DNA of 32,000 bases from an uncultured bacterium (GTDB lineage Bacteria > Margulisbacteria > WOR-1 > CAVSGV01). Position 1 is the stretch's first letter; every line of letters starts with the position of its first letter. The stretch spans positions 600,001 to 632,000 of the forward strand of contig OY969425.1 of NCBI GenBank assembly GCA_963699255.1, written 5' to 3'. Both the position numbers and the translations under genes were made by a program. This document shows, piece after piece, positions 24,848 to 32,000 of this stretch. The notes below the pieces were generated by a model. The model was not told the DNA's origin. It searched no databases and was given only the letters and a program-made list of their open reading frames with translations.

Positions 24848-25411
24848 CTATCCCTTCACTACTCCCAGAGGCTTCATCCTGGCCACTTTCCTTGCAAGCC
24901 CGGCCTGATCCACTATGTTCACGACTTCCTTTACATCCTTATAAGCCTCCGGCGCTTCCTCGACCAGCCCTTTTTGGGACGCGGCCCTTACAATGACCCC
25001 GGCTTTCGCAAGTTCATCCAGCAGGCCTGAAACCGATATCTTTCTTGCCGCGGCGGCCCGTGAAAGCATTCTTCCCGCGCCGTGGCAAACGGAGCCCCAG
25101 GTTTCCTGCATCGAGCGCTGGGTACCGACAAGGACATATGAGTATCTGCCCATGTCGCCGGGTATCAGAACAGGCTGACCGACTTCCCTGTAATCCTCCG
25201 GGATCTCGGGCCGTCCCGCAGGAAAAGATCTCGTCGCGCCTTTCCTGTGAACGCAAAGCACTTTTTCTTCGCCGTTGACGCTGTGTTTTTCTTTTTTTGC
25301 GATATTATGCGCAACATCGTATATGAGTCGGATGCCGAGCTTTTCGGGCCGGCGCCAAGGACTTTTGAAAAAGAATCCCTTGTCCAGTGCATCAGAAGCT
25401 GGCGGTTGCAC
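24848..25411 (-). CDS. rtcB: RNA ligase RtcB, C-terminal fragment (frameshifted gene)
   Basis: Meaningful RtcB sequence begins at EKLGIRLIYDVAHNIAKKE and includes VLIPGDMG and the CHGAGR motif. The first ~22 aa of the ORF are out-of-frame overlap with the N-terminal fragment. Confidence 0.85.
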   Translation of the reverse strand: MQPPASDALDKGFFFKSPWRRPEKLGIRLIYDVAHNIAKKEKHSVNGEEKVLCVHRKGATRSFPAGRPEIPEDYREVGQPVLIPGDMGRYSYVLVGTQRSMQETWGSVCHGAGRMLSRAAAARKISVSGLLDELAKAGVIVRAASQKGLVEEAPEAYKDVKEVVNIVDQAGLARKVARMKPLGVVKG

Positions 25412-26304
25412 CAGGCATAGTTGGCCGCTCCGGCCATGGCGGCATAGTAATCAAGCCCCTCAGGAGAGTTTATTGGAGCGCAGCACAGCTGCCTGTCCGG
25501 GACCGAAATGTTATATTTTTGCAGCGCTGTCTGCATCACGCGAATATAATCCGTGCACACCTGATGTCCGAGTCCCCTTGAACCCGAATGTATCATGATC
25601 GTTATCTGCCCCTTGAACAGGCCAAAAGCATCCGCTGCTTTTTCGTCGTATATTTCCTCAACGCTTTGGACCTCGAGAAAGTGATTCCCGCTACCAAGAG
25701 TACCCAGCTGATCAGCGCCTCTCTCCTTCGCATGAGAGCTGACCTTTGCGGGATCCGCGCCTTCTATAGATCCGTTCTCTTCCGTATGGGCCACATCATC
25801 CTGAGTGCCATATCCGTTCCTTACCGCCCATTTCGAGCCTTCCACCAGCACTTGGTCCAACTGCTTTGATGAAAGTGAGGTCAGACCCTTCGAACCTACG
25901 CCGGAAGGCACTTCGGAAGCCAATATATCTGTGATCCTCTCGATCCTGTCCTTGACCTCATCATAGGTAATATCTGTGCGGAGCACCCTGCACCCGCAAT
26001 TGATATCGTAGCCGACACCTCCGGGTGAGATCACCCCTCCATCTTCAGGGTCAAAAGCGGCAACGCCTCCAATAGCAAAGCCATAGCCAAGGTGGATATC
26101 AGGCATTGCGAGGGAATTCCCGACAATCCCGGGTAGGCAGGCGACATTCGCGACCTGGATGTGGGCATTATCGGCAACAATATGCTCGATCATCTGCTCA
26201 TCGGCATATATAAGACCGTCAACTCTCATCCCTTCCTTAAAGGTTCTGGGGAGCTTGAACCGCCATTCATCTAACTTTTGAAGTATCGATCGCCAGTTTG
26301 ACAT
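25165..26304 (-). CDS. rtcB: RNA ligase RtcB, N-terminal fragment (frameshifted gene)
   Basis: MPDIHLGYGFAIGGV, GYDINCGCR, GSGNHFLEVQ and HSGSRGLGHQ. The RtcB sequence is lost after ...TRDSFSKVLGAGP, and the remaining ~60 aa are out of frame. Confidence 0.85.
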   Translation of the reverse strand: MSNWRSILQKLDEWRFKLPRTFKEGMRVDGLIYADEQMIEHIVADNAHIQVANVACLPGIVGNSLAMPDIHLGYGFAIGGVAAFDPEDGGVISPGGVGYDINCGCRVLRTDITYDEVKDRIERITDILASEVPSGVGSKGLTSLSSKQLDQVLVEGSKWAVRNGYGTQDDVAHTEENGSIEGADPAKVSSHAKERGADQLGTLGSGNHFLEVQSVEEIYDEKAADAFGLFKGQITIMIHSGSRGLGHQVCTDYIRVMQTALQKYNISVPDRQLCCAPINSPEGLDYYAAMAGAANYAWCNRQLLMHWTRDSFSKVLGAGPKSSASDSYTMLRIISQKKKNTASTAKKKCFAFTGKARRDLFLRDGPRSRRITGKSVSLF

Positions 26305-26424
26305 GATCGCCTTTTTTATTGATAAATAAGTAAAAATTAACGGTTAGGTGACGAATCTATGCGACGATAATCCTTAAATCAAAGATAATGTCAATCATCA
26401 CCTTTAATCATCACCCTTCGATTT

Positions 26425-27096
26425 TCACTTAAATACCTTTAAAAACTCTGTGGATATCGCCTCTGAAAGTACTTTTTGGTCGATTTCAATGCCGAGTATA
26501 TCATATATTGACTTGAAATCGATGCAGTTCCTTATGAAATCGGCAGGTTTCAGGCCGGAATTCCTTATAAATATAGAGCCCTGCTGCAGCAGGGCCTTTT
26601 TGCCCCTTTTCTGGGCGCTCCCGACGATCTTAGTGCCTTCCAAGGTGATCTCGTAACTGGCAGGAAAACTGAAACACAGGCGCGCCTGCTCATTATGCCT
26701 GGTATCCGATATATCGGCGGATACACCGACCCTTTTAAGAGCCACGATCACTATGTTCGATATGAATACGTATGATTCGACAAGCCCTTCCGGCAATCTT
26801 GGATCATCCTTGTCGCAGATGAAGCTGTAAGTTACCTCATGTTCATTGTGGAAAACTATCCCCCCGCCCGTCGGGCGCTTGACTATTTCGATGCCGTATT
26901 TTTCGCAATTCGCCCTGTTGAGCTCTTTATCGGGATCCTGGGAATAGCCGAGCGATATGCACGGCTTCTCCCAGCCGTACAGCCTTAAAGTTGATGGGCT
27001 CAAACCCTGTTCAAATTGATCGAACAGTATACTGTCGTAATCCATGTTGTATTTGCCGGAATATCTTCTGAAAGGAATAATGTTTAGTGTTGTCAT
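26425..27096 (-). CDS. Lipoate/octanoyl-protein ligase family protein (LplA/LipM-like catalytic domain only)
   Basis: 223 aa with NMDYDSILFD, LRLYGWEKPCISLGYSQ, KRPTGGGIVFH and the catalytic-Lys region TKIVGSAQKR. Confidence 0.8.
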   Translation of the reverse strand: MTTLNIIPFRRYSGKYNMDYDSILFDQFEQGLSPSTLRLYGWEKPCISLGYSQDPDKELNRANCEKYGIEIVKRPTGGGIVFHNEHEVTYSFICDKDDPRLPEGLVESYVFISNIVIVALKRVGVSADISDTRHNEQARLCFSFPASYEITLEGTKIVGSAQKRGKKALLQQGSIFIRNSGLKPADFIRNCIDFKSIYDILGIEIDQKVLSEAISTEFLKVFK

Positions 27097-27114
27097 ATTA
27101 TATAGTGCTCGAAG

Positions 27115-27262
27115 CTAAATTCCTTCTATACCAATAAACAAATTACAAATCACAATTTACAAACAATTAACAATACACAAAATACAAACAACTTGTTGGC
27201 TTATTGGAATTTGTATATTGTTTGTGATTTGTTCATTGTATATTGTAATTTATGAGTTATTT
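27115..27262. repeat. AT-rich strand-asymmetric long palindrome E5 (ACAAA/TTTGT words)
   Basis: 80-nt G-free run (27115-27194) opposite a right half with a single C (27201-27262). The arms pair at, for example, AAATTACAAATCACAA vs TTGTATATTGTAATTT. Confidence 0.8.
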
Positions 27263-28717
27263 CCAGGTCAGCTTCGGCTCTCTAGCCGCCTTAGTCTCAT
27301 CAAGCCTGGAGATCGGAGTTGAATAAGGAGCTCCTCTGACCAGATCCGGATCCGTCTCGCATTCTTTCGCGATCGCGATCATCGCGTCGCAGAACCTGTC
27401 GAGGGTCTCCTTTGATTCGGTTTCGGTGGGCTCGATCATGAGAGCTTCGTGAACGATCAGGGGGAAATAGATCGTCGGAGGATGATACCCGTAGTCGATT
27501 AGCCTCTTCGCTATATCAAGAGCTTTGACGCCGTATTTTTCTTTCTGCCACTGGGCCGAGATGACGAATTCGTGCTGGCATACTTTATCATAAGGAAGAT
27601 GATAATAGGGCTTTAACCTGTTCAGGATATAATTCGCGTTCAACACCGCGTTCTCAGAAACTTCTTTCAGCCCCTGGACCCCTAAAGACAAAATATACGC
27701 GTAAGCCTTTACGATGACGTTTATGTTACCGTAAAAAGAATGCACCCTCCCGATGCTTTTCGGATATCCTGAATCCGAGAACCGGTATCCGGCATTCGAC
27801 TTTTCGATCCTTGGAACAGGAAGAAAAGGTTCCAGGTGTTTTTTAACGCAGACCGGTCCGGCCCCGGGACCTCCTCCTCCGTGAGGTGTTGAAAAAGATT
27901 TGTGAAGATTGAAATGCGCGACGTCAAAACCAAGGTCGGCGGGGGTGACTTTTATGAGTGTGGCGTTAGCGTTCGCGCCGTCGTAGTACAGCTGCCCTCC
28001 GGCTTTATGTACGATGTCCGCTATCTCAAGGATATTTTCATCGAAAAGCCCGAGCGTGTTCGGATTTGTCAGCATCAGTGCCGCGGTATCGGGTCCGACA
28101 GCTTTTCTAAGCTCTTCTATGTCCACGCCGCCGTTCGCGTTCGATCTTACCTGCACGGCATGCCAGCCGACCATCGATACCGACGCGGGATTCGTCCCGT
28201 GGGAAGAATCCGGAACGATGACCTTGTCCCTCATCCCCTGTCCCCTGTCCTTGTGGTACGCCTTGATCATGAATAAGGAAGTAAGTTCTCCGTGAGCTCC
28301 CGCCGCGGGCTGAAGAGTGGCAGAGTCAAAACCGAATATCGCGCAAATATATCTTTCAAAATCATAGAGAAGCTCAAGCACGCCCTGGACCGTTGCCCCG
28401 TCCTGGTGGGGATTCACGCAGGTAAATCCCGGATAAGCGGAGATATCCTCGTTGACCCTGGGATTGTATTTCATAGTGCAGGAGCCCAGCGGATAGAAAC
28501 CGCTATCAACCCCGAAATTCTTGTGTGAGAGTCGGGTAAAATGCCTGATCACATCTATCTCGGACAGTTCGGGAAGCTCGGGGAGGGATTGATCAAGCAT
28601 TTGTTCAGGTATCAGCTTGTCGGTCCTTTCAGACGGGACATCAAGCTTGGGGAGCGAATATGCGGCTCTCCCGGGTCTGCTTATTTCATTTAGAAGTGGT
28701 TCCATGGCATCAAACAC
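27257..28717 (-). CDS. gcvPB: Glycine dehydrogenase (aminomethyl-transferring) subunit 2
   Basis: 486 aa with [20 protein letters not shown] and the PLP-lysine motif [17 protein letters not shown]. An alternative start is Met5 at 28705. Confidence 0.95.
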   Translation of the reverse strand: MFDAMEPLLNEISRPGRAAYSLPKLDVPSERTDKLIPEQMLDQSLPELPELSEIDVIRHFTRLSHKNFGVDSGFYPLGSCTMKYNPRVNEDISAYPGFTCVNPHQDGATVQGVLELLYDFERYICAIFGFDSATLQPAAGAHGELTSLFMIKAYHKDRGQGMRDKVIVPDSSHGTNPASVSMVGWHAVQVRSNANGGVDIEELRKAVGPDTAALMLTNPNTLGLFDENILEIADIVHKAGGQLYYDGANANATLIKVTPADLGFDVAHFNLHKSFSTPHGGGGPGAGPVCVKKHLEPFLPVPRIEKSNAGYRFSDSGYPKSIGRVHSFYGNINVIVKAYAYILSLGVQGLKEVSENAVLNANYILNRLKPYYHLPYDKVCQHEFVISAQWQKEKYGVKALDIAKRLIDYGYHPPTIYFPLIVHEALMIEPTETESKETLDRFCDAMIAIAKECETDPDLVRGAPYSTPISRLDETKAAREPKLTWK

Positions 28718-29825
28718 TTATACTATGGTTTTCTGTGTGTCCGAAATCGAAGAAATGCACTTTTCTCAGGTCGATCACGACCTTTATGTTTGTACCAGGG
28801 TTGGCGGCAATATATGATCCTACCTTGGCTATAATGGGGATGGTCCCGGCCTTTAAATAGAGGTAAATTTCATCGCCCATCAATTCCCTGAAATCAACTT
28901 TTGCCCAGACCTGGTCATTCTCATTCGCCTGAAGCCATTTGGCCTGAGCTTCATCATATATATCCGAAGGCCTTACTCCCATGATCACTTCCTTGCCGAC
29001 ATATTTATCCATTATGTCCTTGATCAGAGGATATACTTTTATCTCAAAAGATTCACTGATGAACTTCAATGCATTGTCTTTTTTACATATTGTGCCTTTA
29101 AGAAAGTTCATGGGCGGACTTCCGATGAATCCGGCAACGAATCTGTTGAGAGGTTTTTCATACACGGTAAGGGGTTTGTCAACCTGCTGGACTTCGCCGT
29201 TCAGAACGACCGCGATGCGCTCACCCAGCGTCATAGCCTCCACCTGGTCGTGGGTAACATAGACCACCGTGGTCTGAAGTTTGGCGTGTATCCTTTTCAG
29301 CTCCGCTCTCATCTGCACGCGCAGTTTGGCGTCGAGGTTCGAAAGAGGTTCGTCCATCAGGAACACCGCCGGCTGCCTCACTATGGCCCTTCCCAGCGCT
29401 ACCCTCTGGCGCTGCCCTCCGGACAGCTGCTTGGGCAGCCTGTTCAACAGGTCCCTTAACCCTAGTATATCGGCGGCATTCTCAACGCGTTCGTCGATCT
29501 CTTTCTTCTTCGTTCCTCTGATCTTCAACCCGAAAGCCATGTTGTCGTATACGTTCATGTGGGGATAAAGTGCGTAATTCTGAAAGACCATGGCGATATT
29601 CCTGTCTTTTGGAGGCACGTCGTTTATGAGCCGGTCCCCGATGAAAATTTTCCCTTCGGTGACCTCTTCAAGTCCGGCGATCGTCCTAAGCAGCGTGGTT
29701 TTTCCGCATCCGGAAGGACCGACCAGAACAAGGAATTCCTTATCTTTTATCTCCAGGTTTACGTTCTTTACAGCGGTTACATCATCAAATTTCTTTGTGA
29801 TGTTCTGTATCAGTACTCTTGCCAA
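28710..29825 (-). CDS. MalK/UgpC/MsmX-type carbohydrate ABC transporter ATP-binding protein (orphan ATPase)
   Basis: 371 aa with Walker [29 protein letters not shown] and a C-terminal TOBE/MalK-type regulatory domain. TTG start with AGGA 7-8 nt upstream. No permease or binding-protein gene is present in the window. Confidence 0.88.
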   Translation of the reverse strand: MARVLIQNITKKFDDVTAVKNVNLEIKDKEFLVLVGPSGCGKTTLLRTIAGLEEVTEGKIFIGDRLINDVPPKDRNIAMVFQNYALYPHMNVYDNMAFGLKIRGTKKKEIDERVENAADILGLRDLLNRLPKQLSGGQRQRVALGRAIVRQPAVFLMDEPLSNLDAKLRVQMRAELKRIHAKLQTTVVYVTHDQVEAMTLGERIAVVLNGEVQQVDKPLTVYEKPLNRFVAGFIGSPPMNFLKGTICKKDNALKFISESFEIKVYPLIKDIMDKYVGKEVIMGVRPSDIYDEAQAKWLQANENDQVWAKVDFRELMGDEIYLYLKAGTIPIIAKVGSYIAANPGTNIKVVIDLRKVHFFDFGHTENHSISV

Positions 29826-29842
29826 TTAATTTTCCTTCTCTA

Positions 29843-29918
29843 GGAGCCTGAGGCTGAATCCCGACATAAACCCCAACCAGGGTGTTGGGGTAAAGTCGGG
29901 ACAAGCTGCCTCGGCTCC
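29843..29918. repeat. 76-nt three-tier nested hairpin containing the CCCCAAC/GTTGGGG motif
   Basis: GGAGCCTGAGGC (29843-29854) pairs with GCCTCGGCTCC (29908-29918). CCCGAC (29860-29865) pairs with GTCGGG (29895-29900). The core is CCCCAAC-cagggt-GTTGGGG (29871-29890). On the minus strand it ends 5 nt before the SD of the ABC ATPase gene. Confidence 0.8.
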
Positions 29919-29949
29919 AAACACTCTATTCAGTATCACTATGATTTCT

Positions 29950-29984
29950 GGAACCGCCCCGACCTTTGGCCGTGGGCAGGTTCC
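29950..29984 (-). other. GC-rich hairpin 6 nt downstream of the ribH stop (terminator or stabiliser candidate, no U-tract)
   Basis: GGAACCGCCC...GGGCAGGTTCC (10 bp with one bulge). On the minus strand it is followed by AGAAAUCAU, so it is not a canonical intrinsic terminator. Confidence 0.4.
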
Positions 29985-29990
29985 AAGACC

Positions 29991-30452
29991 TTAAATCTGA
30001 CCTAGAACATTCGCCATCTCTATGGCGGACATGGCTGCCGCAAAACCCTTGTTGCCGGGCTTTGCTCCGGCTCTCTCAAGCGCCTGCTCCAGGTTGTCAG
30101 TTGTAAGTATGCCGAATATTACCGGGACGCCCGAATCAAGCGATACCTTTGCGACGCCTTTCGCCGCTTCAGAAGCAACGTAATCAAAATGAGGCGTGCC
30201 GCCCCTTATGACCGCGCCCAGACAGATAATAGCATTATACTTTTTTGCCGCGAGTTTCTTCGCGACGACCGGGATCTCAAAAGCCCCAGGAGCCCAAATG
30301 ATATCTATTGATTCATCCCCCGCCCCGTGTCTTTTTAAACAGTCGAGTGCTCCGTCAAGAAGCCCCTTCGATACCAGATCGTTGAACCTGCTCACTATGA
30401 CCGCGAATTTCAGCCCCGATGCGTCTAACTTGCCCTCGATTGTTTTTCCCAT
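29991..30452 (-). CDS. ribH: 6,7-dimethyl-8-ribityllumazine synthase
   Basis: 153 aa with [22 protein letters not shown] and [22 protein letters not shown] is upstream. Confidence 0.96.
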   Translation of the reverse strand: MGKTIEGKLDASGLKFAVIVSRFNDLVSKGLLDGALDCLKRHGAGDESIDIIWAPGAFEIPVVAKKLAAKKYNAIICLGAVIRGGTPHFDYVASEAAKGVAKVSLDSGVPVIFGILTTDNLEQALERAGAKPGNKGFAAAMSAIEMANVLGQI

Positions 30453-31687
30453 GCCCCCTGCCTCCCTTTCAGATCTCCCTTATTAAATGAGAGAATATGA
30501 CCAAGCCTTTTTGACTTTGTCCTGAGATACCTAATATTATGCTTATTTGGAATAATTTCAAGCGGAATTCTCTGCGTAACGGTCAATCCGTAGCCCTCCA
30601 GCCCGACGATCTTTCTAGGATTGTTCGTTATCAGCTTGATAGACGAAAGACCGAGATCCGCCAGGATCTGCGCGCCGATCCCATAATCCCTCAGGTCGGC
30701 TTTATAGCCCAGGTCCTCGTTCGCCTCCACGGTGTCCCTGCCTTTATCCTGTAATTCATATGCCTTCAATTTTCCCAGCAGCCCGATGCCCCTGCCCTCC
30801 TGCCTCATATAAAGAAGTACCCCCCTGTCGGCGCTGCCGATCATCTCCAGCGATCTGGACAGCTGTTCCCCGCAATCACACCTTAGCGAAGTAAAAACAT
30901 CCCCCGTCAGGCATTCCGAATGCACTCTTACCAGGACATCCTTCTTTTTGCTGACGCTGCCTTTGACCAGGGCTATGTGATAATATCCTTCCAGTGTATC
31001 TTTGTAGCCGTGGAGCACAAAATCCCCGTATCTTGTAGGGAGTTTTGTCGTCGCGATCTTTTCTATCAGCTTTTCTTTTTTTATCCTGTATTTGATCAGA
31101 TCGGCTATGGTTATGATCTTGATCTTGTGCTTCTTTGAGAATTTCATCAGGTCGGGGGTCCTGGCCATTTTCCCGTCAGGCTTTATGATCTCGCATATTA
31201 CCCCCGCGGGCAAAAGCCCTGCGATGCGGGCCAGATCAACGGCTGCTTCCGTATGCCCCGCGCGTCTTATCGTGCCTCCAGGCATCGCCTTTAAGGGGAA
31301 AATATGCCCCGGCCTTACAAGATCGGACGGCCTGGATGACGGATTGATCAGAACCTCTATCGTCTTTGCCCTGTCTGAAGGAGAAATGCCTGTGGTAACA
31401 TCGAACTTCTTCGCGGCGTCAACTGAAACGGTGAACGCGGTCTTCATCAGTTCCGTGTTCTCGGAGACCATGGCCTTCAGGTCCAGCCTGTCTAGCTGTT
31501 CTTCCGTCATGGGGCAGCACACGAGGCCCTTTGCGTAAGATATCATGAAATTAATGGCGTTCGCGGTGACCTTTTCCGCGGCCATGACAAGGTCGCCTTC
31601 GTTCTCCCTGTCCCTGTCATCAAGCACGATGACCATCCTGCCGTTGGCGATATCTTTTGCTGCTTCTTCTATAGTATTGAATTTCAA
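30425..31687 (-). CDS. ribBA: Bifunctional 3,4-dihydroxy-2-butanone-4-phosphate synthase / GTP cyclohydrolase II
   Basis: 420 aa with the DHBPS motif [13 protein letters not shown] and the GCHII motif [23 protein letters not shown]...EGRGIGL. Its 3' end overlaps ribH by 28 nt. Confidence 0.95.
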   Translation of the reverse strand: MKFNTIEEAAKDIANGRMVIVLDDRDRENEGDLVMAAEKVTANAINFMISYAKGLVCCPMTEEQLDRLDLKAMVSENTELMKTAFTVSVDAAKKFDVTTGISPSDRAKTIEVLINPSSRPSDLVRPGHIFPLKAMPGGTIRRAGHTEAAVDLARIAGLLPAGVICEIIKPDGKMARTPDLMKFSKKHKIKIITIADLIKYRIKKEKLIEKIATTKLPTRYGDFVLHGYKDTLEGYYHIALVKGSVSKKKDVLVRVHSECLTGDVFTSLRCDCGEQLSRSLEMIGSADRGVLLYMRQEGRGIGLLGKLKAYELQDKGRDTVEANEDLGYKADLRDYGIGAQILADLGLSSIKLITNNPRKIVGLEGYGLTVTQRIPLEIIPNKHNIRYLRTKSKRLGHILSFNKGDLKGRQGAWEKQSRAS

Positions 31688-32000
31688 TTCAAGAACCCGG
31701 TCCTTTTCAGGAAATTTTCGTCGATCTTCGAGTCCCTGAAAGCCACCAGTGAACCGAAATCCCTTACCTTTATGAGATTCTCCAGGTATTTGGCGAGAAC
31801 ATCATATTCAAGGTTCACCCGATCGCCTATCTTCTTATGAAAAAGGTTCGTCATGAGCGCCGTGTGAGGGATCAATGCGACCCTGAACGATCCAGGGAAC
31901 AGGCGCGAAACCGTCAAACTTACGCCGTCAACGGCTATGGAACCTTTTTCGGTAACATATCTTTTTGAGCTTTCGGGCAGGTTTATCTCCATTTCCCTGT
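31684..32000 (-). CDS. ribE: Riboflavin synthase alpha chain, C-terminal part (5' end beyond the window)
   Basis: KGSIAVDGVSLTVS....RVALIPHT...TNL...KIGDRVNLEYDVLAKY, which is the second lumazine-binding repeat. The frame stays open to position 32000. It overlaps ribBA by 4 nt. Confidence 0.88.
   Translation of the reverse strand, partial: REMEINLPESSKRYVTEKGSIAVDGVSLTVSRLFPGSFRVALIPHTALMTNLFHKKIGDRVNLEYDVLAKYLENLIKVRDFGSLVAFRDSKIDENFLKRTGFLN

Noticed and set aside
29826-29990. A glycine riboswitch upstream of the ABC-ATPase/gcvPB unit
   Set aside because: The region lacks the conserved glycine-aptamer features (GGAGAG...CACCG...GGGGCAA-type cores, tandem aptamers). It is fully explained by one perfectly nested rod hairpin plus a second simple hairpin.
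31684-32000. An FMN riboswitch or leader for the rib operon
   Set aside because: The operon is on the minus strand and its 5' end lies beyond position 32000. Nothing can be said from this window.
1-32000. An alternative genetic code (UGA or UAG reassignment)
   Set aside because: All conserved genes (glyA, guaA, alaS, dnaB, uvrA, gcvPB, ribBA and others) read through at full expected length with standard stops. The two broken genes are frame shifts, not in-frame stops.

Overview
32-kb chromosomal window with the standard genetic code and roughly 45-50% GC (estimated by eye). It looks like an uncultivated diderm bacterium: it has an LptD/OstA-like protein, a beta-barrel outer-membrane protein and a lipobox lipoprotein. 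The phylum cannot be assigned from sequence alone. I count 30 protein-coding genes, 26 on the minus strand, almost all core housekeeping. They are ftsE-ftsX, glyA, guaB3, guaA, a dnaB-lptD-like-tmk-alaS-ruvX-mltG cluster, a rubrerythrin-like protein, uvrA, a PHP phosphoesterase, yebC, a DUF502 protein, an AmmeMemoRadiSam-type radical SAM enzyme, rtcB, a lipoate/octanoyl ligase, gcvPB, a MalK/MsmX-type ABC ATPase and ribE-ribBA-ribH. I found no rRNA, tRNA, CRISPR, transposase, integrase, phage gene, or recognisable defence or biosynthetic cluster, so I cannot honestly name a new multi-gene system here. The unusual content is mostly non-coding or small: (1) a family of five 100-150 nt AT-rich, strand-asymmetric long palindromes lying exactly at transcription-unit boundaries; (2) GC-rich nested-hairpin repeats whose copies differ by compensatory substitutions (4791-4860 vs 21279-21349; the CCCCAAC..GTTGGGG hairpins at 15231-15274 and 29843-29918); (3) seven near-consensus promoters placed 6-14 nt from start codons that lack a Shine-Dalgarno (SD) sequence, suggesting widespread leaderless transcription; (4) two genes (a large surface lipoprotein and rtcB) each broken by an apparent 1-nt deletion; (5) two small ORFs below the ORF-track cutoff (a 54-aa eight-Cys protein and a 27-aa membrane peptide with a perfect SD); (6) a low-GC, eukaryote-like LRR gene inserted in antisense between guaB3 and guaA. 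All functional calls come from motif recognition by eye, with no database search.
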